Origin: Planctomycetota bacterium
GTDB taxonomy: Bacteria; Planctomycetota; UBA8108; SXIK01
Direction: 5' to 3'
DNA length: 64,000 nt
Assembly: GCA_965223845.1 (NCBI GenBank)
Contig: CBDCXR010000004.1
Span: 3,787,334 to 3,851,333 of the forward strand
The position numbers and the translations under genes were made by a program. The notes beneath the pieces are model-generated. The model was not told where the DNA came from. It saw only the letters and a program-made list of their open reading frames with translations, and did not search any database. Position 1 is the first letter of the stretch; the number at the start of each line of letters is the position of its first letter. Below are positions 29,749-39,678 of the stretch, piece by piece.

Positions 29749-30025
29749 GGGAACGCGGACGGGTGCGCTGAGAGTCCCGAGGAGATCGCGAATCGAGGAT
29801 TCTAACGTGGATGCCGGGCGGGCTTCCACTCCGTCCGGGGCGCGCCGGGACGCTGCGTCCACACCTTCTCTGGTTCCCTCCCGAGGTCGGGTTTCGGAGC
29901 TCGTCTCGCCGTCCTTCCCCCACCTGCGGCTCTCTCCTGGCCCCCTCTCACCTCGCTCCTCTGCCGTGCTCTGCGCTCCCGCGTGAATCGCCTTCTCGAG
30001 CGAGCGAGAGCAACCGAGTCCGACG

Positions 30026-31039
30026 CTAGATCCCGAAGTCGTACTGATCGATGTTCTCGCGCGTGAACCGGATCGGCTCCGAAAGGATGACCACGCGATC
30101 GTCGCGCGGACTGAAGACTAGCTCGCCGTGACCGGGAACGCTTACGCCGGGCGCCACCGGCTCGCCGCCGACGAGCCGCGCCGCGAGCCGGACCGTGAGC
30201 GAGCCGAGAGCGCGCGGGTCCCAGAGGTAAAAGCTCTCGAGGACGCCCTCCTTCACGTAGGAGCGCATCTTGTTCGGCGTCGAATTGCCCACGAGAGCTA
30301 CCGCCCCAGCGCGCCCCGTACGCTTCAAGGCCTCCGCCGCACCCGGCACGGAGTTCGAGTCGAACGCGATGATCCCGCGGAGATCGGGAACGGCGTTGAG
30401 AAGGGTCGCCACCTTCTGTCGTGCTTCGTTCTCGTTCTCGTTCGTGACGACGGTCTCCGCGAGAACGAGCTCGGGGTAACGCTCCGCAGCCCGCGCCTCC
30501 GCGATGCGACGCCACGTGTTCAGGTTCGCTGCGTCGAGGCTGCCGATGACGACGGCCCACTTACCCTTCTCGCCCATCTGGCGCGCCAGATCGTCGATGA
30601 GGCGCTCGCCGAGAACTTGGTCGTCGATCTGATTCACCATGATCTCGCGCGTGCTCTCGGCGGCGTCCGTGTCCCACGTGAGAACCTTGATCCCGGCGGC
30701 CTGAGCTTTCGAGATGAACTTCGCCATCGATTTCGGCTGATTCGGAGCGACGCAGATCGCATCGACCCGCTGACGGATCCAGGTGTCGACAAAGCGCGTT
30801 TGCTCCGCGGCGCTCGCCGTCGTCGGACCGTCGTAGATCAACTGAACTCCGAGCTCTTCCGCCGCCTTTCGCGCCCCTCGCTCGCAGGCGTCGAAATAAT
30901 CGATGTTGATGAGCTTCGGCATCATGGCGATCACGACCCGATCGCTCGACGCCCCCGAATCGCAGGCCGAAAGCACCACGCCCAAGATAGCGACGAGCAC
31001 CGACCTCACACCCGCCTCCGCCCGCGTCGATCTGCGCAT
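30026..31039 (-). CDS. Sugar ABC transporter substrate-binding lipoprotein (CUT2; ribose/AI-2/LsrB-like periplasmic binding protein)
   Basis: Lipobox VLSAC after MRRSTRAEAGVRSVLVAILG, and a type-I periplasmic binding fold resembling RbsB/LsrB. Confidence 0.8.
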   Translation of the reverse strand: MRRSTRAEAGVRSVLVAILGVVLSACDSGASSDRVVIAMMPKLINIDYFDACERGARKAAEELGVQLIYDGPTTASAAEQTRFVDTWIRQRVDAICVAPNQPKSMAKFISKAQAAGIKVLTWDTDAAESTREIMVNQIDDQVLGERLIDDLARQMGEKGKWAVVIGSLDAANLNTWRRIAEARAAERYPELVLAETVVTNENENEARQKVATLLNAVPDLRGIIAFDSNSVPGAAEALKRTGRAGAVALVGNSTPNKMRSYVKEGVLESFYLWDPRALGSLTVRLAARLVGGEPVAPGVSVPGHGELVFSPRDDRVVILSEPIRFTRENIDQYDFGI

Positions 31040-31187
31040 TCCAAACTCCTTTCGATACTCCGCATCCAGAGGTTTGGTTCCCGTACCTGTCCCCTGCTCC
31101 GATAGGCGAACGATTTCACACTCCTGGCCCTCACACCTCAAACTCTCTCTTCTGGTCTCCCGTCGGAAACGAAGCTTGCGCGGACTC

Positions 31188-32144
31188 CTAGCGTTCGCGG
31201 TGAAGCCACACTCCGCTGATCAGAAGCAGGCCGAGAAGCACAGGATCGAGGTGACTGATCTTGAACGGAAGGTTCGCGTCGCCCCAGAGCGCCGCACTGC
31301 GAAGGCCCTCCTCGAGTGCCGCGATCACCAAAACTCCGAGAATCGAACCGCGGAGGGAGCCGAAGCCGCCGTCGACCCTCGTGCCTCCGAGGACGACGGC
31401 GACGATGACGCGGAGCTCGAGCCCCCCGAGCGCACTCGCACTCACCGAGCTGTTTCTCGCCGTGAACGCAATCGCGGCAAAGAAGGCGAGACCACCCATG
31501 AGGGCGTAGGTTTCGACGAGCCTTCGCTCGACGCGAATCCCGGCGTAGCGCGCGGCGACACGGTTCCCTCCGATGACGAGGAGCTCTCGCTGCCATCGCG
31601 CCGCGCGGAGCCAAGCCCCGCCGCCGAGAAAGAGGACGAGCGTGAACACGCCGACGAATCCGAGCTCACCGAGTGCCCCGTATCCCGGGACCGAGACGAA
31701 CGGAGCCCGCTCGGCGTCACCGAGAAGCACGAAGCACAGTCCACGGAAGAGAATCATCGTTCCGAGGGTCGCGATCAGCGGCGGCATGTGGAGCCGGGCG
31801 ACGAGCACTCCGTTCGCCAGGCCCGCGGTGAACCCGACGGCAAGCCCGAGCGGAAGCGCGGTCATCCAGAACCCCATCCCACCGTCGATGCAGGCCATCG
31901 CTGCGGCGACGAGCGCCACCATCGAACCGACGGAGAGGTCGATGCCACCGGTCTCGAGGACGAGCGTCATTCCGAACGCGAGGAAGAGGAGCGGCGCCGA
32001 TTGGACGATGAGATCCGACGAGTACGAAGCGAGGTAGCTCGCGACATCGCCGACGGATGCGAAACGAGCGCCGCTGATGGCCGTAAAGAGCACAACCTCG
32101 AGAACGAGCACTCCGGCGAGAATCCAGTGGCGCTTCGCGCTCAT
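31188..32144 (-). CDS. Sugar ABC transporter permease (CUT2; RbsC-like)
   Basis: Polytopic branched-chain/ribose permease fold. The start MSAKRHWILAGVL overlaps the upstream permease stop (ATGA). The 322-aa Arg-rich extension was trimmed. Confidence 0.85.
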   Translation of the reverse strand: MSAKRHWILAGVLVLEVVLFTAISGARFASVGDVASYLASYSSDLIVQSAPLLFLAFGMTLVLETGGIDLSVGSMVALVAAAMACIDGGMGFWMTALPLGLAVGFTAGLANGVLVARLHMPPLIATLGTMILFRGLCFVLLGDAERAPFVSVPGYGALGELGFVGVFTLVLFLGGGAWLRAARWQRELLVIGGNRVAARYAGIRVERRLVETYALMGGLAFFAAIAFTARNSSVSASALGGLELRVIVAVVLGGTRVDGGFGSLRGSILGVLVIAALEEGLRSAALWGDANLPFKISHLDPVLLGLLLISGVWLHRER

Positions 32145-33124
32145 CGCAGCTCCTCTTCGAGCTTCGCGCGGCGGCCGATCAAGCAATCCGCCCCGATGAC
32201 GAGCACGATCGCACCGCCGATGACGACCTCCCGCGCGTAGGGATTTACGCCGGAGTAGATCAGCGCCTGCTGCGCGAAATAGAGGAAGAACGCGCCCAGA
32301 ATCGTCCCGAGATAGCTGCCCTCTCCGCCGAAGATATTCGTTCCGCCGAGAACCACCGCGCCGACGACCGTCAATTCGAAGCCGCGCATCATGCGAGCCG
32401 GCTCGATCGCCTGGATCTGAGTGACGGCGACGAGCGCCGCGGCACCGAGGAACACGCCACCGACCGCGAACGCACTCAGAAGTATGCGGCCGGAATCGAG
32501 GCCTTGGAGTCGGCACGCCGCGGGCGAGTTGCCGCGCGCGAGCCAGCGGCGCGGAGTCTCCGCACTCGCCTCCCACACGATCGCCACCACCACCGCGACG
32601 AGCGCGATCGAGCCGGCGTAAAACTTTCCCGGGAGATGGAACGCGTCGTCGGGAACGGACACGTTGCCGCTGAACCCGTCGATCGTGAGGTCGGCGACGA
32701 TGAGAGCGAGGCCACGGTAGAGCGGGAGCGCGCCGAGGGTCACGATGATCGCGGGAATCCCCAGCGCGCGGACGAGCGCACCGTTGACGAACGAAAGTCC
32801 GCCGGCGGTGAGGAAGAGAACGGCGTAGCACGTCGCGGGCGACGCTCCGAGGTGGACGCAGACGCCGAAGAGCGTTCCGGCGAACGCGATCACGCTTCCG
32901 ACCGAGAGATCGATCGCACCGGAGCAGACGATCCCGGTCATCCCGAGTGACGCGAGCAGGACCGGCGCGCAATCCGGTCCGGCTTGCGCAAGGACGGCTC
33001 GAAACGAAGCCCCCTCTCGAAGCTGCGCCGCGATCCAGACGAGGAGGAGCGCGTTTCCGCCGAGGAGAACCCACACCCGCAAGCGAAGCGGTGCGGAGAG
33101 TCGAGACCACAACTCTTTCGTCAT
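32141..33124 (-). CDS. Sugar ABC transporter permease (CUT2; RbsC-like)
   Basis: Second permease of the operon; ATGA overlap with the ATPase stop at 33121-33124. Confidence 0.85.
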   Translation of the reverse strand: MTKELWSRLSAPLRLRVWVLLGGNALLLVWIAAQLREGASFRAVLAQAGPDCAPVLLASLGMTGIVCSGAIDLSVGSVIAFAGTLFGVCVHLGASPATCYAVLFLTAGGLSFVNGALVRALGIPAIIVTLGALPLYRGLALIVADLTIDGFSGNVSVPDDAFHLPGKFYAGSIALVAVVVAIVWEASAETPRRWLARGNSPAACRLQGLDSGRILLSAFAVGGVFLGAAALVAVTQIQAIEPARMMRGFELTVVGAVVLGGTNIFGGEGSYLGTILGAFFLYFAQQALIYSGVNPYAREVVIGGAIVLVIGADCLIGRRAKLEEELR

Positions 33125-34641
33125 CGCTCGTCGTCCTCGTCGCCGGCCCCGATCGCAGCCAGCAGCGCGTCCGCCGGAGTCCGCCGCGCTCCCGTGAGCT
33201 CGTCGACGATGCGTCCCTCCCGCACGACGAGGACTCGATCGCCGAGAGCGACGACCTCCGGCAAGTCGCTCGACACGACGAGCACCGCGACCCCGCGCGC
33301 CGCGAGGTCGCGCACCATCGCGTGGATCTCCGCCTTCGCTCCGACGTCGACGCCTCGCGTCGGCTCGTCGAGGATGAGGACGCTCGGCTCGCGCTCGAGC
33401 GCGCGCGCGAGTACTGCCTTCTGCTGGTTTCCCCCGCTGAGCGTGGCGATCGGCTGAGTCACGTCCGCCGTGACGATGCGGTAGTCGCGGACGAGTCGAC
33501 TCACCGTTTCCGCGACGCGACGCGGCGGCGCAACCCCCCAGCGCGTGATGAGATCGCTAAACCCCACGCTCAGGTTGTCCGCGAGCGAATGATCGAGGAC
33601 GAGCGCCTGACCCGCCCGCTCCTCGGGTACGAGCACCACCCCGCGAGCGAGGGCATCGTAGGCGCTCTTCGGCGACCAGGCTTTGCCGTGAAGACTCAGT
33701 GCTCCGGCACGGAGAGGCACGAGACCGAAGAGAGCGCGCGCGATCTCCGATCGACCGGCGCCGACGAGACCCGCGAGCGCGACGATCTCACCGCGGTGAA
33801 GTGAGAACGAAATGTCCTCGAACTCTCCGGAGCGAGAGATCCCGCTTACCTCGAGGACGGGCGGCCCCGGCTCCGATCGCGGACGAGGGGTTTTCTCCGC
33901 GAGCGTACGTCCGACCATCGCCCGCACGATGGTCGAGGCATCCACTTCCCGTGCAACATGCACCGCGACGAGCGCGCCGTCGCGAAGAACGGCGATGCGA
34001 TCGGCGATCGCGAGAACTTCCTCGAGGCGGTGCGAGACGTAGAGAGCCGAACGACCGCTCGCGCGGATGCGCCGGAGCTGGTCGAAAAGACGATCGACAT
34101 CGGGGCCGCTCAGACTCGCGGTCGGCTCGTCGAGAACGAGCAAGCGGGCGTCTCGTGCGACTTCCCTCGCGATCGCTACCTCCTGCTTCTCCGCCGCGCT
34201 CAGCCGGCCGAACGCCGTTCGCGGCTCGACGGCGACGCCCGATCGCGTCAGGCGGGCGAGAGCGAGCGCGTGGAGAGCCTCCCAGTCGACGGCGCCCCAC
34301 TTCCGCCGCGGCCACGGCTCGCCGAGGAGCAGATTCTCGCTGACGCTCAGCCGATCGAAGTACGTGAGCTCCTGGTGGATCGTCGCGATCCCGGCCGCGT
34401 GCGCGGCGCGGGGATCAGCGAAGTCGACGCGGGCGCCGGCGAGCGTGATCTCTCCGGCGTCGGGAGCGTGAACGCCGCTCAGGATCTTGATCAGCGTCGA
34501 TTTTCCCGCGCCGTTCTCACCGACGAGCGCGAGGACTTCGGCGCGGTGGACATCGAGGTCGATCGGATGCAGCGCCGGAACGCCGGAGTACGACTTCTCC
34601 ACTCCTCGAAGCGAACACAGCGGGCCGTCGCTCAAAGACAT
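33121..34641 (-). CDS. Sugar ABC transporter ATP-binding protein with duplicated ATPase domains (RbsA/MglA-like)
   Basis: Two Walker A (GENGAGKST, GLVGAGRSE), two signature motifs (LSAAEKQ, LSGGNQQK) and two Walker B motifs. 506 aa from MSLSDGPLCSL. Confidence 0.9.
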   Translation of the reverse strand: MSLSDGPLCSLRGVEKSYSGVPALHPIDLDVHRAEVLALVGENGAGKSTLIKILSGVHAPDAGEITLAGARVDFADPRAAHAAGIATIHQELTYFDRLSVSENLLLGEPWPRRKWGAVDWEALHALALARLTRSGVAVEPRTAFGRLSAAEKQEVAIAREVARDARLLVLDEPTASLSGPDVDRLFDQLRRIRASGRSALYVSHRLEEVLAIADRIAVLRDGALVAVHVAREVDASTIVRAMVGRTLAEKTPRPRSEPGPPVLEVSGISRSGEFEDISFSLHRGEIVALAGLVGAGRSEIARALFGLVPLRAGALSLHGKAWSPKSAYDALARGVVLVPEERAGQALVLDHSLADNLSVGFSDLITRWGVAPPRRVAETVSRLVRDYRIVTADVTQPIATLSGGNQQKAVLARALEREPSVLILDEPTRGVDVGAKAEIHAMVRDLAARGVAVLVVSSDLPEVVALGDRVLVVREGRIVDELTGARRTPADALLAAIGAGDEDDER

Positions 34642-35606
34642 CGCCAGAGCATGAACGCGCAGTAGCCGACGAGGAGCACGCCGCCCTCGGGACGACTGAT
34701 CCGCCGCGGTCCGACGACCGAGAAGCAGAGGACGAGCACCGAGAAGAGAGACGCGGCCGCGAAGTCCCACACCCCACCGGCCGGAACCTGCACGGAGCCG
34801 ATGGACGCCGTCACGCCGAGCACGAAGAGAAGATTGAAAATATTCGATCCGACGACGTTCCCGACCGCGATATCGGTCTCGCCGCGTCGGGCAGCGACGA
34901 TGGTGGCGACGAGCTCCGGGAGGCTCGTACCGAAGGCGACGAGCGTGAGTCCGATGATCGCTTCGGGAACGTCGAGCGCCCGTGCGATGGAAGCGGCGGA
35001 ATCGACGGTCAGCGTGGCGCCGCCGGCGAGACCAAAGGCTCCACCGACGACGAGGAAGAGATTCTTGACGAGCGATCGCGGCTCGACCGACGCGGTGCTG
35101 CGCTCGACGTCGTCGCGAAACCCACCCGCTGCCCGCTGACTGAGTGCGTCCCGCGCGGCGTTGTAGAGGAAGATGCAGAAGAGGAGAAGAAGAAGGACGC
35201 CGTCGGTGCGATCGAACTCGGAGACCTGACCGCGGAGGATCGTGTCGAGCGCCATCACGAACGCCGCCGCCGTGGCGAGGAGCATCGTCGGGATTTCCCG
35301 CGGTACGACCGAACCGGTGACCATGAGCGGACGGACGAGCGCTCCGCACGCGAGCACGAGACCGACGTTCGCGATGTTGGAGCCGACGACATTCCCAAAC
35401 GGAAGCTCGGCTCGCCCCTGGAGAATGGCGCTCACGTTGACGGCGAGTTCGGGCGCGCTGGTCCCGAAGGAAACGACGGTGAGGCCGACGACGAGTGGGG
35501 AGACTCCGAAGGATCGTGCGATTCCCGCCGCACCGCGAACGAGCCACTCTCCGCCGATGACCAGCACGACCAGTCCGGTCACCAACCATAGGAAGTCGTA
35601 AACCAA
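34632..35606 (-). CDS. Ca2+/cation antiporter (CaCA family; YrbG-like K+-dependent Na+/Ca2+ exchanger)
   Basis: Two alpha-repeats with GTSAPELAV/GNVVGSNI and GTSLPELVAT/GNVVGSNIFN. TTG start preceded by GGCGGGAG. The 73-aa extension was trimmed. Confidence 0.8.
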   Translation of the reverse strand: MVYDFLWLVTGLVVLVIGGEWLVRGAAGIARSFGVSPLVVGLTVVSFGTSAPELAVNVSAILQGRAELPFGNVVGSNIANVGLVLACGALVRPLMVTGSVVPREIPTMLLATAAAFVMALDTILRGQVSEFDRTDGVLLLLLFCIFLYNAARDALSQRAAGGFRDDVERSTASVEPRSLVKNLFLVVGGAFGLAGGATLTVDSAASIARALDVPEAIIGLTLVAFGTSLPELVATIVAARRGETDIAVGNVVGSNIFNLLFVLGVTASIGSVQVPAGGVWDFAAASLFSVLVLCFSVVGPRRISRPEGGVLLVGYCAFMLWRCL

Positions 35607-35826
35607 CGATGAACTCCCGCCTTCGGTCGAGCGCGACAAGTGACCGAGAGAGCCTACCGGAGGGGCGTTCGAGGATTCAAGCCCGGCGCACGAGTCAGGA
35701 CGAGCGGGGCCGGTTTGCGTTTCGATGCGATTCGCGATGCGCGGCGCGTTCGTTGGCGGCGGACGACGCATCCCGTATTCTGGTCGTTCCTCGTCAGACC
35801 CCATGCGATCCGAACTGGAGACCACG

Positions 35827-37062
35827 ATGAAGCCGCGCGTCGCCGTAGTGGCCTGCCTCGATACGAAAGGGCGCGAAACGGGCTTTCTCGCGGATCGACT
35901 GCGCGCCGAGGGCTGCGACGTTCACGTCGTCGACGTCGGGATTCAGGGAGAGCCGGCGTTCCCCGCGGAGACGACGCGGGAGCAAGTCGCGACCGCCGGT
36001 GGCACGACTCTGGGCGAGCTCCGCGCGCGCGGCGACCGCGGTCACGCGGTCGCGCACATGGCTCGCGGAGCAGCGGAAGTGGTCCGCGAGCTGTACGCGG
36101 ACGGACGGATCGACGGCATCATCGGTGCGGGTGGGTCCGCCAACACGACGATCGCCACGCGCGCGATGCAGACGCTTCCCGTCGGCGTTCCGAAACTCAT
36201 GGTGTCGACTCTGGCCTCCGGCGACGTCTCGCCGTACGTCGACACGAAGGACATCACGATGATGTACTCGGTTGTCGACATCGCCGGAATCAATCGCATC
36301 TCCCGGCGGATCCTCGACAACGCTGCACGCGCCATCGCGGCGATGACTCGCGCGGCGTCCGCGCCGGAGCCGGAGGAAACAGACCGTCCGCTCATCGCCG
36401 CGACGATGTTCGGCGTCACGACTCCGTGCGTCACCGCGGCGAAAGAGCACCTCGAAGCGCGCGGGTATGAAGTCTTAGTGTTCCACGCGACCGGAAGCGG
36501 CGGACGGGCGATGGAAGGACTGATCGCCGACGGATTCATCCGCGGTGTACTCGACATCACGACCACCGAGCTCGCCGACGAGCTCGTCGGCGGAATCCTG
36601 AGCGCGGGTCCCGACCGCCTCACGGCGGCCGCGCGGCACGGCGTTCCGCAGATCGTCTCCATCGGAGCGGTCGACATGTGCAACTTCGGCCCGCGAGACA
36701 GCGTGCCGAACGAGTTTGCCGCGCGAACGTTTTACGAGCACAATCCGACGGTGACGCTGATGCGCACCACCGCCGAGGAAAACGCGGAGATCGGACGACG
36801 CATCGCCGCGCGCGTCGGACGCTCGCGCGGTTCCTGCCGCGTCGTCGTGCCGCGACGAGGTGTTTCCGCAATCTCGACGGCGGGGCAGCCGTTTCACGAT
36901 CCACACGCGGACGCGGCGTGCATCGACGCCTTGAGGCGCGAGCTCCCGGACGGCATCCCCTGCGTCGAGCTGGACGAGGACATCAATGCACCCGCATTCG
37001 CGCTCGCGTGCGCTGACGCACTCCTCGAGCTGCTCGACGAAACGCACGAACGACCCTCGTGA
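35827..37062 (+). CDS. UPF0261 family protein (Tm-1-like N-terminal domain)
   Basis: MKPRVAVVACLDTKG...GAGGSANTTIA... matches the UPF0261/Tm-1 family. It is followed 52 nt later by its usual TIM-barrel partner. Confidence 0.8.
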   Translation: MKPRVAVVACLDTKGRETGFLADRLRAEGCDVHVVDVGIQGEPAFPAETTREQVATAGGTTLGELRARGDRGHAVAHMARGAAEVVRELYADGRIDGIIGAGGSANTTIATRAMQTLPVGVPKLMVSTLASGDVSPYVDTKDITMMYSVVDIAGINRISRRILDNAARAIAAMTRAASAPEPEETDRPLIAATMFGVTTPCVTAAKEHLEARGYEVLVFHATGSGGRAMEGLIADGFIRGVLDITTTELADELVGGILSAGPDRLTAAARHGVPQIVSIGAVDMCNFGPRDSVPNEFAARTFYEHNPTVTLMRTTAEENAEIGRRIAARVGRSRGSCRVVVPRRGVSAISTAGQPFHDPHADAACIDALRRELPDGIPCVELDEDINAPAFALACADALLELLDETHERPS

Positions 37063-37114
37063 CGTCGAGCGAGCCATCGCATTCGAGTATCGGCAACCCA
37101 TCTGAGGAAATCCC

Positions 37115-37945
37115 ATGGCGATTCCGCGTTCCGAAATCCTCCGGCGACTCCGCGATCAGATCGACCGTCGGCGACCGATCATCGGCGCCGGAGCGGGGAC
37201 GGGAATCACCGCGAAGTTCGCCGAGAAGGGCGGCGTCGATCTCATCATCATCTACAATTCGGGGCGATACCGGATGGCCGGGCGCGGCTCGCTCGCCGGC
37301 CTTCTTCCCTACGGCGACGCGAACGCGATCGTCGTCGACATGGCGCGCGAGGTCCTTCCCGTCGTCGACGACGTTCCCGTGCTCGCCGGCGTCTGCGGGA
37401 CGGATCCCTTTCGTGTCATGGACGTCTTTCTGCCGGAGCTCCAGCGCATCGGATTCTCCGGCGTGCAGAACTTTCCCACGGTCGGACTCTACGACGGCAA
37501 TCTACGCACGAATCTCGAAGAGACGGGGATGGGATACCGACTCGAGGTCGAGCTCGTCCGGAAGGCGCGCGCCCTCGATCTCTTCACCGCTCCGTACGTA
37601 TTCTCTCCCGAAGATGCGGTCGCGATGGCCGACGCCGGCGCGGACGTCCTCGTCCCTCACATGGGCCTCACGACGAAAGGGGCGATCGGAGCGCAGAGCG
37701 CTCGCTCTCTCGAGGAGTGTCCGGCCGTCATTCAAGAGATGGCAGACGCCGCCAAAGCAGTACGAGACGACGTCATCATCCTCTGCCACGGGGGACCGAT
37801 CAGCGAGCCGGCCGACGCGGAGTTCATACTCAAAAGGACGCGAGGCGTGGACGGGTTCTTCGGCGCCTCGTCGATCGAGCGGCTCGCGACGGAGCCCGCG
37901 ATCACACGGCAGACGGAAGCGTTCAAGTCGATCGCGATCGATTGA
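37115..37945 (+). CDS. TIM-barrel PEP-hydrolase-like protein (Tm-1 C-terminal-domain homologue; partner of UPF0261)
   Basis: [40 protein letters not shown]...VQNFPTVGL... is characteristic of this family. Confidence 0.8.
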   Translation: MAIPRSEILRRLRDQIDRRRPIIGAGAGTGITAKFAEKGGVDLIIIYNSGRYRMAGRGSLAGLLPYGDANAIVVDMAREVLPVVDDVPVLAGVCGTDPFRVMDVFLPELQRIGFSGVQNFPTVGLYDGNLRTNLEETGMGYRLEVELVRKARALDLFTAPYVFSPEDAVAMADAGADVLVPHMGLTTKGAIGAQSARSLEECPAVIQEMADAAKAVRDDVIILCHGGPISEPADAEFILKRTRGVDGFFGASSIERLATEPAITRQTEAFKSIAID

Positions 37946-37959
37946 TCCACGAGCAGCGC

Positions 37960-39678
37960 TCAATCGATCCCGAGCTCGATCTGAAGCCGCTCGAGGAGGA
38001 CGCGCTCGTACTCCGTCATGCTCGTCGCATCTGAACTCGCCGCTCTCGCCGCCTCGAGCGCTTCGTCGATGTTCCGAAGCTGTTGGTGAGCGATCGCGAG
38101 ATAGAGGAGGTTCGCACCGGCGGGAAAGAGCTCGGCGGCGCGCGTGAGATTTGCGATCGCCTCTTCCTCGTCCGCACCGAGGCGGAACTGAATCCAACCG
38201 AGGGTGTTGAGGACGATGCCTTCGAGTTCGGCGGGATCGATGGATCCACCGAAACTCTCCCAAAACTCCGGACGGCGCCCTCGAACGAGGCGCAGAGCTT
38301 CGGTCGCAATCCTCTCGGCAGTGACGAGTTCATCGTCGTCCATCGCCATGAACCAAGCGAGGTTGTTCGCGTCGTGCGCGCGAGCGAGCCACTGTGCCTG
38401 CGCCTTTTTTCCGGCCTCGTATCGGTGGCGGTAGATCTCTACGATGGTCGCGCGCACTTTGGCTGCGCGCGTCTCGAACCGAACCGCGCGAAGCATGTCG
38501 TGAAGCACGAATCCGACTTCCGCTTTTGCCGTGCTCCCGAAGGCGTCCCAGATTCTGATCGCTTGGTCGAGCATTCGTTCGACCGTGCCTTCGAGCGCCT
38601 CGACCTCTTCCGGCGCCGCGTTCTCTGCGAGCGCATCGCGCAGCTCCTTTCGGGCTCGAATGGCCCGGTAGAGGGAGTCGCGGACGAAGTATTCGACGTA
38701 CTCGGGAACTTCGGTCACATCGACGAGACGCCGCACCGACTCGAGATCCGCGTCGCCCCGGTGGAGCGCGGCCCGGAGAGGACGCCACTCGCGCCAAACC
38801 GGATGATGGACGGGAAAGACGGAGTAGGTTCCGAAGAGCACAAACGCCGCCCAAACGGCGACCGTCGCCGCGGCGCGTACGGGTCGAACGCTCGGGATCG
38901 CGCGAGCGAACGCGAGGAATCCGAGGACGGATCCCGTGACGAATCCCCCGAGGTGCGCGCTCGTCGCAATCCGAACCTCATCGCCCGCGAACGAACGTAT
39001 GAGTGCGCCGGTGATGAAGTGGTCGGCGATGAGAATCGTCGGGACGATCAGGAAGTACCGGCCACGAACGCGGAGTCGACCGTTCCGGACGTATCCGAAC
39101 ATGGCGACGAGCAACGCGCCGACGAGACCGTAGAGCGCACCCGACGCTCCGACTCCCAACCCCGAGGAAAACGCCTGGAACGCGAATCCGCCGCCGAGGG
39201 CACTCGCGAGGTAGAGCGTGAGGAATCGCGCGCGTCCGAGCCGAGGCTCGAGACGGATTCCGAACAGGTAGACGCCGAGCATGTTGAGGGCGATGTGCCC
39301 GAAGAACCCGTGCAGAAACGTCGCGGTGAGGATCCGCCAGTATTCGCCGTCCCAAACGCTGATCTGGAACTGCGCCCCGAGCTGCTCGATCGCCGGACTG
39401 CGCGCTTGGAGCCCGTAGACGATCACGTTCGCGAGGATGATCGCCATCGTGACCGGCGCGCGGCCGCGCCGGCGAGGCCTCTGCACGTCGCGACGCGGCG
39501 ACGCCTCCTCGGAGAACGTGTCGGCCGAGCCGTCCTCGCTCGTCGGCGGCGAGCGATCGGTTCCGAGCGGTCCCGACGCGCGCGGCGAATGGATCTCGTG
39601 ACTCTCGCGGCCGGGAACGGGCGGCGGAGTCGACGATCCCAGATGGAACTTCTCGTCCTCTCGCTCAGGCGCGGGCAT
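37960..39678 (-). CDS. Rhomboid-family intramembrane serine protease with a C-terminal TPR-like soluble extension
   Basis: Catalytic GASGALYGLVGA (Ser) and AHLGGFVTG (His) in a 6-7 TM core, then about 280 aa of helical repeats. Pro-rich N-terminus. Confidence 0.75.
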   Translation of the reverse strand: MPAPEREDEKFHLGSSTPPPVPGRESHEIHSPRASGPLGTDRSPPTSEDGSADTFSEEASPRRDVQRPRRRGRAPVTMAIILANVIVYGLQARSPAIEQLGAQFQISVWDGEYWRILTATFLHGFFGHIALNMLGVYLFGIRLEPRLGRARFLTLYLASALGGGFAFQAFSSGLGVGASGALYGLVGALLVAMFGYVRNGRLRVRGRYFLIVPTILIADHFITGALIRSFAGDEVRIATSAHLGGFVTGSVLGFLAFARAIPSVRPVRAAATVAVWAAFVLFGTYSVFPVHHPVWREWRPLRAALHRGDADLESVRRLVDVTEVPEYVEYFVRDSLYRAIRARKELRDALAENAAPEEVEALEGTVERMLDQAIRIWDAFGSTAKAEVGFVLHDMLRAVRFETRAAKVRATIVEIYRHRYEAGKKAQAQWLARAHDANNLAWFMAMDDDELVTAERIATEALRLVRGRRPEFWESFGGSIDPAELEGIVLNTLGWIQFRLGADEEEAIANLTRAAELFPAGANLLYLAIAHQQLRNIDEALEAARAASSDATSMTEYERVLLERLQIELGID

